Shown one piece after another: positions 44,187 through 53,643 of a stretch of DNA of 64,000 bases (its first letter is position 1; the number at the start of each line of letters is the position of its first letter). A model generated the notes under the pieces. It was not told where the DNA came from. It did not search any database and worked only from the letters and a program-made list of their open reading frames with translations. The stretch lies in the IMG/VR virus record IMGVR_UViG_3300028840_003271, positions 64,001 to 128,000 of that record; one strand, written 5' to 3'. The translations under genes and the position numbers were made by a program. Source of the stretch: a virus.

Positions 44187-44968
44187 TATATTGTTGATCC
44201 ACTAACTGTTAATGTATATGTTGATTTTGTAGCAGCCGTTCCAGCAGCTAATGTTAGTTTAAGCCATACACCAATAGCTTCTTCAGTATCTAAATCAGTA
44301 TCATTATTTAAGCTTTTAGTATTACTATCAAATGTTGGACTTCCTTGCATGCCGCTTGCTGCCGGAGCTGTTCGACGATTTGTACTTGTAGTACTTCCGT
44401 CTACATTAGCATCTAAATCAAAAGTAATATATCCAGTTGGATCTGCATTTTCACTAATTTGTGCTGATAATAGAGCATTAGTAGCATTATTATTTTTAAT
44501 AAACACTTTTTCATAATAATCGCGGCTACTACCACCAGATGCTTCTGCTGACACATTATAAAATGGACGACGTACTGTTGTTACACCTGTTTCAATATCA
44601 ACTAAAGTTGTATTTGTATCAGTATCTAAAACACGAACTGTTCCTGTAGGTGATCCGCTTGTAACTACACATTTTAATATTCTTTCAAAAGTAGAATTGC
44701 CATTTTTTTGTACTTTATTTGCTAAAAGTTCAATATCTTCACTGATAATTGAACCAGCAGAATTTCTTCCCGTCACTCTTATATTTCCAGTGTCAGCAGT
44801 ACCAAATCCGCTTACAGAAATTGCACCTGGACCAGGATCGTTTGCGATTGTTGAACTATCAAATATTACCCGAGTAGTTGTATCAATAGTTCCACCTTGA
44901 GTACCACTATCGGATTCTTGCATATTAGCACTGCCATATACTACAATATCGCTTGATGTAACTGACAT
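44186..44968 (-). CDS. putative virion protein
   Basis: T/S/G-rich; YEKVFIKNNN, GVWLKLT. Confidence 0.65.
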   Translation of the reverse strand: MSVTSSDIVVYGSANMQESDSGTQGGTIDTTTRVIFDSSTIANDPGPGAISVSGFGTADTGNIRVTGRNSAGSIISEDIELLANKVQKNGNSTFERILKCVVTSGSPTGTVRVLDTDTNTTLVDIETGVTTVRRPFYNVSAEASGGSSRDYYEKVFIKNNNATNALLSAQISENADPTGYITFDLDANVDGSTTSTNRRTAPAASGMQGSPTFDSNTKSLNNDTDLDTEEAIGVWLKLTLAAGTAATKSTYTLTVSGSTI

Positions 44969-44993
44969 TTATTTTTTTCCTCTATAATTAATT

Positions 44994-45542
44994 TTATGGA
45001 TCATATGATATATTAGTACGATTTCCATCATTATCTACTGTAATAGTGATTCGATCTGTACTTCCATCTAAACCTTTAAATGTTTCTGTACTTGTACCAG
45101 CTCCAGATGGAATTTTTCCAGCAATTACAGCACCCAAATATCTTAAAGTTTGTCTAACTGTTTTTGTATCAATAGTTCCTGCTAAATCTAATAATGCCGT
45201 TCCAACATCGTTTTTTTCTTCTGGAGTTAAATTTACAATTCCAGTACCGTCCCAATTTATATTAGATTGACCAATTGGAGGAAAATCTCCTTCTCCCAAA
45301 TTTGTTCCAGTTTGATTAAGCATATATGCTTGATATTTACCAGCTTTAACTGTAGGTACTGTAAAACTGTATATTGCTGTATTACCAATTTCTGAACCAG
45401 TAATAGCATATTTTGACACATTTCCTACTGAATAACTTTCAAAACTTGTACTATCTGTATTATACCAATTTGTATTTTCATCTAAAACAACTATTACTAA
45501 ATTTAGTCCAGTTGTTAATACTCCTGTTAATTTATTTCCCAT
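44994..45542 (-). CDS. putative virion protein
   Basis: Late motif upstream at 45576; C-terminal TVRQTLR..AGK...RIT.TVD.DGNRT. Confidence 0.65.
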   Translation of the reverse strand: MGNKLTGVLTTGLNLVIVVLDENTNWYNTDSTSFESYSVGNVSKYAITGSEIGNTAIYSFTVPTVKAGKYQAYMLNQTGTNLGEGDFPPIGQSNINWDGTGIVNLTPEEKNDVGTALLDLAGTIDTKTVRQTLRYLGAVIAGKIPSGAGTSTETFKGLDGSTDRITITVDNDGNRTNISYDP

Positions 45543-45575
45543 TTTTTCTGCTTATTTGTATTGTAAGTTGTAATA

Positions 45576-45584
45576 TTATACACC
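45576..45584 (-). promoter_or_regulatory. putative late promoter GGTGTATAA
   Basis: Intergenic, upstream of 45542. Confidence 0.7.
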
Positions 45585-45592
45585 GAAATTGT

Positions 45593-47092
45593 TTATTCAA
45601 GTATCCAAGTTGTAGGATGGTTTGACAATGTCCATTGTGTTGGTTGAGTGTTTAAAGTCCATTTACTTGAATTAGGTAATTTTGGTACGACATTAATTTC
45701 ATAAACTAAGATTTCATTAAAAGTGGTTGGTGGTATAGTGACTGATTTTAGTTCTATATTTAATTGTTTATTTTCTTTAATAATATTTTTAAAACTAGTT
45801 GGTAAAACTTTATTTTGTTCGATTATTTGTGGAAAAGAAAATGTAAAATTGTGTGTAGATAATGATGCTAGTTCTTGTATAAAAGAAAGATTATGTATTT
45901 TTGATGTAGATAATATTTCTATCCAAGAATAATTTAAAATTGTTGTTTTGAGCAAGGTACATAACCAAGATAAATTATAAATTTTTGATGTTGATAGGGT
46001 TTTAGTAAATGATATTGGTAATATATTTAAAGATGATAAAGTTTGTGTCCAAGAAAAATTTTTAATTTTATTAATCGATATAGTATTAATAAGATCCAAA
46101 TTAAGTTGTTTGTTTAATGTTGGTAATGGTGTAGATATTCCACGAAGAGTTTTTGTTCTAAAAGTTAGTGGTTTGAATGTTGTTGGAGCAAAAGTAAGTT
46201 TGTTTTGTCCTATACCATATATTATATTTTGTAGATTTTCAATATTAGATGTTTTGTTTGATATTAAGTTAGAATACCAACTTACATTAGGAACTTTATT
46301 TTCTGATAATGTAGATGACCAACAAACATTATAAATATGTGATTTTGAAACCGGAGTTGATGAAGTACCACCACACAAATTAATTGGTCGAGAAGGATAA
46401 ATTATAGGTGGATGATCGGCTGTTGATGGAGTGTTATAGGGAGTCATATTATAACCACCTATTATATCATGGTCTCCATCATTTTTATCATAAATTCCAC
46501 CTAATGGCCAATATCCAACTAGACCTTGTCGAAAAAATAATGGTGAATAACCAGCAGCTAATGCTGGAACGGCTAATCTTTCAAATTCATCTGCTTTATC
46601 TGATGCTGTATTACCTGGCCAATTACTTAAGTTCCAAATTGCTGTTTCTGCAACACGACCAGAAAAATAATATGATACACCTCCATTCCAACGAGAAGCT
46701 CCTATTGTTGTATTATCTAAACCACCTGGTGTTTTATCTGTATTGTTTGTTCCTTTTGATCCACCATTTAATAAAACGCGACGATCAGTACCAGAAACAA
46801 ATAATCCAATAGCATGGTGCCACTTGTTTGTTGTATATGCAATACTAGAATCTGCTGCTCCTGCTCCTGCTGCTTCCCATGTCCAAGCTCGAACGGGATC
46901 GTTTGTTACACCGCCCATTATAGAAAGAGAGTGAACATTAGTCCATGAAGCATCTCCAATACTAAGAATTGTTTGACTAACTATTAAAGTATCAGTATAA
47001 AACCAGCCACATAATACAAACGGTGGTGATGATATTACAGCAGCATTATGATGTAAATATTCGTTACTACTATCATTAAATAGTCGTGCCAT
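45593..47092 (-). CDS. LamG-domain virion protein with repetitive C-terminal stalk
   Basis: CGWF, WHHAIG, FSGRVAETAIWN, GLVGYWPL; ~16-aa SW...L..SKI.N repeats. Confidence 0.8.
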   Translation of the reverse strand: MARLFNDSSNEYLHHNAAVISSPPFVLCGWFYTDTLIVSQTILSIGDASWTNVHSLSIMGGVTNDPVRAWTWEAAGAGAADSSIAYTTNKWHHAIGLFVSGTDRRVLLNGGSKGTNNTDKTPGGLDNTTIGASRWNGGVSYYFSGRVAETAIWNLSNWPGNTASDKADEFERLAVPALAAGYSPLFFRQGLVGYWPLGGIYDKNDGDHDIIGGYNMTPYNTPSTADHPPIIYPSRPINLCGGTSSTPVSKSHIYNVCWSSTLSENKVPNVSWYSNLISNKTSNIENLQNIIYGIGQNKLTFAPTTFKPLTFRTKTLRGISTPLPTLNKQLNLDLINTISINKIKNFSWTQTLSSLNILPISFTKTLSTSKIYNLSWLCTLLKTTILNYSWIEILSTSKIHNLSFIQELASLSTHNFTFSFPQIIEQNKVLPTSFKNIIKENKQLNIELKSVTIPPTTFNEILVYEINVVPKLPNSSKWTLNTQPTQWTLSNHPTTWILE

Positions 47093-47101
47093 ATTTAAGT
47101 T

Positions 47102-47617
47102 TTATCCATCGTCTTGAATTTCTAAACAACTAATAAAAAGGTCGCCAGACGCAGTATCTCCTGGAGAATCGGTATCTCGTCGAAGACCAAATCTTACCAA
47201 ATCTCCAACAGCCATACTATCGTTGTTATTTAAATCAATTTCTAAAGTTAAAGGATTAGTACCATCACTACTTAAATCTTTAATTCCACTATTAACAGAA
47301 TCCCAAGAAGTAGCAATATTCATATTTAAAGTATCAGAATTGGGAGTTTTGGATTCTACAAACACATCTAAAACAACTCCATTACCATCGTTTTTATATT
47401 CACTGTATAGATATATTACAGCCTTTGGTCCGCTTCCAGTATATTGAGTGGGTACAGCTACCTCTGGAGTAAGAGCTGCTTCTTCATTTGTAGCATCAAA
47501 TGCTAATGCTGGTCGTCCACTATGAGATACGAAATTTGCTCCAGCGTCTTCATTTACTAATTGTTCATTTATATCTGGAATAAAACTTGAGGCTGGAAAT
47601 TCTAATATTGTAGCCAT
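47102..47617 (-). CDS. putative virion jelly-roll protein
   Basis: LAFD...E, GDLVRF.L.RD...DT..GD pattern; first gene of inverted block. Confidence 0.65.
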   Translation of the reverse strand: MATILEFPASSFIPDINEQLVNEDAGANFVSHSGRPALAFDATNEEAALTPEVAVPTQYTGSGPKAVIYLYSEYKNDGNGVVLDVFVESKTPNSDTLNMNIATSWDSVNSGIKDLSSDGTNPLTLEIDLNNNDSMAVGDLVRFGLRRDTDSPGDTASGDLFISCLEIQDDG

Positions 47618-47645
47618 TTAAAGTTCATTTTCCTTATTTTATTGT

Positions 47646-47673
47646 GGTGTATAATCTATATATATTATACACT
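47646..47673. promoter_or_regulatory. overlapping opposite late promoters (GGTGTATAA plus; AGTGTATAA minus)
   Basis: GTGTATAAT-CTATATAT-ATTATACAC palindrome at strand switch. Confidence 0.75.
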
Positions 47674-47683
47674 ATGGAGATGT

Positions 47684-48220
47684 ATGGTGACTAATCCTTT
47701 TTCTGGAATAATTACGTCGGACTTAAAAGCTTTATTTACTAATGCTATTGATGCTTTATTGGAAGACGATGCCTGCATGATAAAATGTAAATTAATTTAC
47801 GGAGATACAAAATGGTCTAATTGTTGTAATTGTATTTTTGACGCTACTAAAAATCGTTCATCAAATAAATATAAATCCGGTGGGCCGACTCCTTTTTATC
47901 ATGGTGTGTGTCCACATTGTAAGGGAGTTGGTAGAGTGGCTACAGAATCTACAGAAGATATTTATTTATTACCTTTATGGAATTATCGAGATTGGATTAC
48001 GTGGGCTGGGTCGGCGGAAAAAAGTCGTTATCCAGAAGGTTCTGTACAAACAATGAGTAAAATGAATACTTTAGCACAATTATCGAGAGCAAAAGAAGTA
48101 ATAATTAACACGGATATTACACATTATGAGCACCACAAATTTACACGAGCAGGAAAACCAACACCAATTGGATTTGGAAATGATGCTTATATTTTTACTA
48201 TGTGGGAACATTTAAAATAA
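47684..48220 (+). CDS. putative head-closure/neck protein with Zn-binding insert
   Basis: GGAG RBS; C..C and CPHCKG.G; position before tail genes. Confidence 0.6.
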   Translation: MVTNPFSGIITSDLKALFTNAIDALLEDDACMIKCKLIYGDTKWSNCCNCIFDATKNRSSNKYKSGGPTPFYHGVCPHCKGVGRVATESTEDIYLLPLWNYRDWITWAGSAEKSRYPEGSVQTMSKMNTLAQLSRAKEVIINTDITHYEHHKFTRAGKPTPIGFGNDAYIFTMWEHLK

Positions 48221-48879
48221 TGTCAGAAGTTACAGCAGCACAATTAGAAATTAAATTTAATGTAAAGTCGATGAAAAATTCGGTTATTTTGAAGATGTTG
48301 GCTCAAAAAATTAAACCAAAATTAGATACAATTGCTTATAAATTGTCTGAAGAAATTAAAACTCAATTTAAACATTTAATTTTTACTCATCCAGTAATTA
48401 CAGCAATAATGAATGATAGATTGGGTGGTGAAGTGGGCGTGGATTATGCTGAAAGTAGAATGGATTATATTATTCACGTTTGGACTAATGGTTTAAAATT
48501 AACTACAAAATCCGTAACGACCGGACATAATGAATTAAGAGGTGGTTTTACACTTCAAATGGTTCGTTCAAATTATGATGAAGTTTTAACTATTCGAGAT
48601 GCTATAATTAAAGAAAGAACGGTGAGACCTTTACCATGGTTACAATGGTTATTGACTGAAGGAGATAGGGCTGTTGTTCAAAATTATGATTTTGTTTTAC
48701 AACATGGAACCGGTCGAACTGGATGGGGGCATATGAGAAAAAATTGGAATCGTAAACAGTGGAGCGTTCCTACAAACGCGGCTGGTACGTCTGACAATAA
48801 TTTTGTGACTGATGTTATTTCTGTTCTCCATAAAGATTTATATAAAATGATAAAACAGGAATTCAAACGAGTGTTTTAA
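48220..48879 (+). CDS. putative neck/tail completion protein
   Basis: TAATG coupling; position; AGT..NNFV tail. Confidence 0.55.
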   Translation: MSEVTAAQLEIKFNVKSMKNSVILKMLAQKIKPKLDTIAYKLSEEIKTQFKHLIFTHPVITAIMNDRLGGEVGVDYAESRMDYIIHVWTNGLKLTTKSVTTGHNELRGGFTLQMVRSNYDEVLTIRDAIIKERTVRPLPWLQWLLTEGDRAVVQNYDFVLQHGTGRTGWGHMRKNWNRKQWSVPTNAAGTSDNNFVTDVISVLHKDLYKMIKQEFKRVF

Positions 48880-49862
48880 TGGCTACGAGCTACGATTATA
48901 CTGAATTTCAAGGAGTTACGAATTTTGGTGAGACCCAACTTTTAACAGAATTGGAAAATAATTTAAAAGCATATTTAGATTGGTCTTTTTTGAGAATTGG
49001 TGCTTGGACTAATGTAAATATTTCTTCGACTGGTGGATTGGATTTATATGGTGGTTCGCCAGAGACTCTAAGGTGGGTTGATAATCCAGCTTATGCTGAT
49101 GGACAGGTTTGGCAAGGATTTCGTAAAGACTGGATTTATGAAACTGGAGTTAATTTTTCTTATAGTGGGCAAGATTATGACCCAATTAATGTGATGACTT
49201 CTGGTGTGGAAATTAATGGTACTTTTCAAACAACTGGTTTTTTTGTAAATTATCCACAAGGTCAAATAGTTTTTAATGATAGAATTCCTACTGGAAGTAC
49301 TGTAAAAGCACAATTTAGTTATCGAAATGTACAAGTAAATATTGCTGATGATGTGCCGTGGTGGAAAGAAATTCAATTACAATCATGGAGATCTGATGAT
49401 ATTCATTTTACTCAAGACCATCGTACTGGAGATTGGTCTTTAGGAGGACATCATAGAATTCAATTGCCGACTATTGTGATTGAAGCTGTTCCACGAGGTA
49501 GGTCGTTGGGTTATGAATTAGGAAATTCGGCTTTAACTGTTGAACAAGATGTTTTATGTCATATTTTGGCTGATAGTCGTGAAATGAGAAATAAATTAGT
49601 AAGTATTTTAGAAACTCAAAACGAACATACAATTTGGCTTTGGGATAGTGATGCCGTAGCTGCTGCTGAAATTACACCATTGGATTATCGTGGTGAAAGA
49701 GTACATACAAATGTTTATCCAGATATTGTTGCAGATTCCACTTATCGGTGGAAAAAATGTAGATTAAAAAATATTATGGTATCAGAAGTTGGAGTAATTA
49801 ATCCACTTTTATATGAAGGAACTGTAAGAATCACTTGTGAAGTGGTTTTTGGAACAATTTAG
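48879..49862 (+). CDS. putative tail terminator
   Basis: Immediately before tail tube; LPTIVIE...YELG. Confidence 0.6.
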   Translation: MATSYDYTEFQGVTNFGETQLLTELENNLKAYLDWSFLRIGAWTNVNISSTGGLDLYGGSPETLRWVDNPAYADGQVWQGFRKDWIYETGVNFSYSGQDYDPINVMTSGVEINGTFQTTGFFVNYPQGQIVFNDRIPTGSTVKAQFSYRNVQVNIADDVPWWKEIQLQSWRSDDIHFTQDHRTGDWSLGGHHRIQLPTIVIEAVPRGRSLGYELGNSALTVEQDVLCHILADSREMRNKLVSILETQNEHTIWLWDSDAVAAAEITPLDYRGERVHTNVYPDIVADSTYRWKKCRLKNIMVSEVGVINPLLYEGTVRITCEVVFGTI

Positions 49863-49868
49863 CAAAAT

Positions 49869-49877
49869 GGTGTATAA
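49869..49877 (+). promoter_or_regulatory. putative late promoter GGTGTATAA
   Basis: About 30 bp upstream of tail tube gene. Confidence 0.75.
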
Positions 49878-49906
49878 ATTAATGGTGAATTTAGGAGAAT
49901 ATCTAA

Positions 49907-51076
49907 ATGGCTAATGATAGAATATGGTACGCCGTTCAACAAGTTGGAATGAAGGCTTTGAACGGCGATAGTTATACTGCTGCTCACGGTGTCCAAAGTT
50001 TTGGAATGACTACAAATTTTAATTTAGATCAAGTATTCGAATTAGGACAACAGGAAATTTATGAAAATATTGAAGAAATTCCAGATGTTGAAATTACAAT
50101 GAGTAAAGTTTTGGATGGTTATCCGTTACTTTACCATTTAGCAACTAAAGGTGCTGCTACTACCGCTCCTACTTTAGCGGGTCGTCAAAATACAAAAACT
50201 TTTGTTGCTGCTGCAATTTTTCCTGACACAAATACATCGTGCGACGGTGTTGCAGATTCAATCGTAGAATGTTCTGGAATGCGAATTGGTAGTGTGGGAT
50301 ATAATTTTCCAGTTGATGGCAATTTTTCTGAAGACGTAACTCTTGTTGGAAATGATAAAATTTGGAAGGGTGATTCGAACATTTTACATACCGCTACACA
50401 AACTCGTCGAAATGCTATTAGTTTTGATGGTGCTTTTGGTAGTGAAGATTCACCTCTTGCACCTAATGTTGGAGTTAATCGTAGGCAAGATTTAATTTTT
50501 GGTGCTGGTAATGGTGAAGCAGATACAAACGGTTCATTAGATGATCCAGATGTAACGGTTTTACCACAAGAGGTTTATGGTATCACAAGTAGTGGTACTA
50601 ATGAAAAAACTAATGATGTTTATGGTGCTCACGTTTCTAACATTTCTGTTTCAGTGGATTTTGGTCGTGAACAAATTAATGAATTGGGTCGTCGTGCTCC
50701 TTATCACCGATTCGTAAACTTTCCTGTAGAAGTAACAACTGAAATTGAAGTAGTTTCAAGTAGTGGTGATATGGTATCAGCAACAGAAGATGGTATTTTG
50801 ACTGTTGGTGCTGGTGGATGTTTAGATGCTGGTAATTTGAGCCACAGAACAATTCGTATTGCTGTTTGTGAAGGAACTCGAATTTATCTTGGACGAAAAA
50901 ATAAATTGTCTTCAGTGAATTATGGTGGTGGTGATGCTGGAGGAGGAAGTGTTTCTGTATCTTATACCTATACAACTTATAGTGATTTTACAGTGATGCA
51001 TTCTGGTGATCCACATGCTAATGGTTCAACGTGGTGGGCAAATCGTGAAACTAATACTTACTTAGTTGAAGATTAG
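49907..51076 (+). CDS. major tail (tube) protein
   Basis: Duplicated motif GVQS....F.L.QVFELG / VSNISVS.DF.REQINELG; own promoter; precedes chaperones and TMP. Confidence 0.78.
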   Translation: MANDRIWYAVQQVGMKALNGDSYTAAHGVQSFGMTTNFNLDQVFELGQQEIYENIEEIPDVEITMSKVLDGYPLLYHLATKGAATTAPTLAGRQNTKTFVAAAIFPDTNTSCDGVADSIVECSGMRIGSVGYNFPVDGNFSEDVTLVGNDKIWKGDSNILHTATQTRRNAISFDGAFGSEDSPLAPNVGVNRRQDLIFGAGNGEADTNGSLDDPDVTVLPQEVYGITSSGTNEKTNDVYGAHVSNISVSVDFGREQINELGRRAPYHRFVNFPVEVTTEIEVVSSSGDMVSATEDGILTVGAGGCLDAGNLSHRTIRIAVCEGTRIYLGRKNKLSSVNYGGGDAGGGSVSVSYTYTTYSDFTVMHSGDPHANGSTWWANRETNTYLVED

Positions 51077-51111
51077 TTTATATATAAATTAGGATTTTTT
51101 AGGAGAAAAAA

Positions 51112-51324
51112 ATGGACGAAACACAGGAACTTTATGCTCTAATTGGACGATTATATACCGAAAATTATCGTTTAAGAATGGTTTTGAAACAGTCTCAGGA
51201 CCATATTAACAAACAAAACGAAGAATTGGAAAAGTCGAGAAGTACGATTAAGGATTTTCATCAAAGGGTTGTGGTAGAGGATCATGCAGGACCAACAAAC
51301 CTTAATTCCAAGTCTAATAAATAG
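51112..51324 (+). CDS. small coiled-coil protein
   Basis: AGGAG RBS. Confidence 0.6.
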   Translation: MDETQELYALIGRLYTENYRLRMVLKQSQDHINKQNEELEKSRSTIKDFHQRVVVEDHAGPTNLNSKSNK

Positions 51325-52309
51325 AATTATGTCTGGTCAATATTATTTGACTAGGTGTGGTTCTAAATATCTTATTAAACAACCCCCTCCTGCTTTACGA
51401 GCAAAAGCTCAGGTTTATTACGAAGAAATTTTGGATAAAAATAGGTTTTCAAATTGGATTACTCAACCACAGTGTCTTGCTAAATTAATTAATATGGGTG
51501 TTTTATCACCTACATATTCACAAGAATTATCCAACCTTAATAAAACTTTAGACAATCTTAAGCTCGATTTGTATCATAGTGGTTTTAATGAAAAAAAAAT
51601 GAAAAATTTAAAAAGATTAATTGGTCAAACTAAAAATAAACTTGAACGACTTTATAGTAATATGTCTTTATTAAGACCATTTACTTTAGAAGGCTATGCT
51701 TCTTTGTGTAGGCAGGAATTTTTGTGGTTAAATAGTGTTTACACATTAGACGACAGGCTTGTTTTTAATTCTTTAAATGTAGATTCAGCATTGGCTTATC
51801 GTATTTTTTCTTCTATTGCAGACCATACATTATCTATGGAACAATATCGTACAATTGCTAAACATCCAGAGTGGTATAATTATTGGAAAATTGTTCAAAT
51901 GAATTCAACTTTTCCCCTCTGTAAAGATTTAACAGAAGAACAAATTTATTTATTGAATTTTAGTAAAATGTATGATAGTGTTTATGAAAGTTATGATTGT
52001 CCATCAAGCGAAATAATTCAAGATGATGACATGTTAGATGGTTGGTTTGTTGAACAATCACGTAAGCGAGAAAAAGAAAAACGAGAAAGTATGGCTTCAA
52101 AATTAAGTGCAAAACATAGTAATGCTGATGAAATTTTTGTTGTAGCAAATTCTGAGCAGGATCGTCAAAGAATTGCTGCTATGAACAGTGCTGCTGCTAG
52201 AGCAACTAAACAAGAGAGAACTAGGTTATTAAAACAAAAAGGTGAAGCTAAGGATTCTGAATTATTACGAAACAAATTAAAGAGGAAAAATACATATGGA
52301 CGACCATGA
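51284..52309 (+). CDS. tail-module helical protein (possible assembly chaperone)
   Basis: Between tube and TMP. Confidence 0.55.
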   Translation: MQDQQTLIPSLINRIMSGQYYLTRCGSKYLIKQPPPALRAKAQVYYEEILDKNRFSNWITQPQCLAKLINMGVLSPTYSQELSNLNKTLDNLKLDLYHSGFNEKKMKNLKRLIGQTKNKLERLYSNMSLLRPFTLEGYASLCRQEFLWLNSVYTLDDRLVFNSLNVDSALAYRIFSSIADHTLSMEQYRTIAKHPEWYNYWKIVQMNSTFPLCKDLTEEQIYLLNFSKMYDSVYESYDCPSSEIIQDDDMLDGWFVEQSRKREKEKRESMASKLSAKHSNADEIFVVANSEQDRQRIAAMNSAAARATKQERTRLLKQKGEAKDSELLRNKLKRKNTYGRP

Positions 52310-52682
52310 AACTTTACAAAGACGATATAATGCTTATAAAAAATTACAAGAAGATAGATATCTTGAAAGTTGTAAAAAGCGTCTGACTACTCTTATACAG
52401 AAAAAAATTCAAACAACAATGATTGGTGCTTTAGCAGAATTTGAACAATTGTTTGGATATTTATGGGGTATGGGTAAGGATGATATTGATTTAGACGAGG
52501 ATGAATTGAATTTTCGTCGTCAATGGGATAAGGCGAGAACAGAAATTTTAAACAATGGAAATAGTCAAATACGAGCATGTGTAGAAGAAATTGCTCAATA
52601 TACTATTAAATGGAACCGTTATCATACTGAATTTATTGTAAAACCTAAAGAAATGAAAGATAAAGAGGAAAAAAATGGATAA
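52296..52682 (+). CDS. hypothetical tail-module protein
   Basis: GAGGA RBS, overlapping neighbours. Confidence 0.6.
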   Translation: MDDHETLQRRYNAYKKLQEDRYLESCKKRLTTLIQKKIQTTMIGALAEFEQLFGYLWGMGKDDIDLDEDELNFRRQWDKARTEILNNGNSQIRACVEEIAQYTIKWNRYHTEFIVKPKEMKDKEEKNG

Positions 52683-53544
52683 CACAAAAGAACAGAAATT
52701 TGAGGAATTTAAAATTACTCTGGATGATAAAGAAGTGGAATTTCGAGTCAATCGACCAAGTTTGGCTGACCAACGAGAAGCAAATAAGGTTCGTAATAGA
52801 ACTTTTACTGAAATGTTAAAATCTGGTGCTCCATTACGCCGTGAGTTACAAAATGAGTTAAAAAAGAGAGGAACTTGGAATGATGTTGTAGATAAACAAT
52901 TGAACGAATTAATTGAAAAAATAAATAATGGTGAAAAAAGATTGGCTCAGGGTGGATTTGATTTAGACGATGCTAAAGAACTTGCTTTACAAATGCGACG
53001 TTGGAGGCGTCAACAACGAGAATTGTTATTTGAGTTAAGTGAGCTTACAGACGCTACTGTTGAGGGGCAATCTGATAATATGGCGTTTAATTATCTTGTT
53101 TCAGTATGTACGGTGTATAATATAGATGGAAAATGGAAAAAATATTTTAAAGATTTAGATGATTATTTGGAAAAAATTACGACAGAAGTTGCTTTTACAT
53201 CAGCAAGTAAGTTAGCAGTTTTAACACAGCAAATTAGTTATGAGACAGATGCAGATTTAGCAGAAAATAAATTTTTGGTAGATTTTGATTTTGCTGATGA
53301 AAATTTAAGATTGGTAAACGAGGATGGAAAATTGGTTGATGAAAATGGTAGTTTGGTTGATGAATTTGGTAGGTTGATAGATGAAGAAGGTAATTTAGTG
53401 GACGACGAAAAAACACCAATAACTGAAAGTGGAGATTTTAAGGTTGAAAATAAGGGATTTTTGAAAGGCGGAAAAGTTGTGTTTGGAAAATCTCATAAAG
53501 AAAAAGTAGAAAAAGTAGAAAAAACCAAAAAAGAAAAAGATTAA
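52675..53544 (+). CDS. putative tail assembly chaperone with LVDExG repeats
   Basis: Directly upstream of TMP; LVNEDGKLVDENGSLVDEFGRLIDEEGNLVD. Confidence 0.6.
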   Translation: MDNTKEQKFEEFKITLDDKEVEFRVNRPSLADQREANKVRNRTFTEMLKSGAPLRRELQNELKKRGTWNDVVDKQLNELIEKINNGEKRLAQGGFDLDDAKELALQMRRWRRQQRELLFELSELTDATVEGQSDNMAFNYLVSVCTVYNIDGKWKKYFKDLDDYLEKITTEVAFTSASKLAVLTQQISYETDADLAENKFLVDFDFADENLRLVNEDGKLVDENGSLVDEFGRLIDEEGNLVDDEKTPITESGDFKVENKGFLKGGKVVFGKSHKEKVEKVEKTKKEKD

Positions 53545-53643
53545 TAAACGGATAGGCGTGTTCGGATAGTGTTATTTTTATAATAATTTTACGGACACGC
53601 TATATTTATATATTTTTTTTTCTCAATAAAAATTTAAGATAAA

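Noticed and set aside
39213-47617. Invertible shufflon or diversity-generating retroelement acting on fibre genes
   Set aside because: No invertase, reverse transcriptase, inverted crossover sites or TR/VR pair seen in the window.
51284-53544. Programmed frameshift in tail chaperones
   Set aside because: The ORFs have their own RBSs, and no convincing slippery site stands out from the abundant A-runs.
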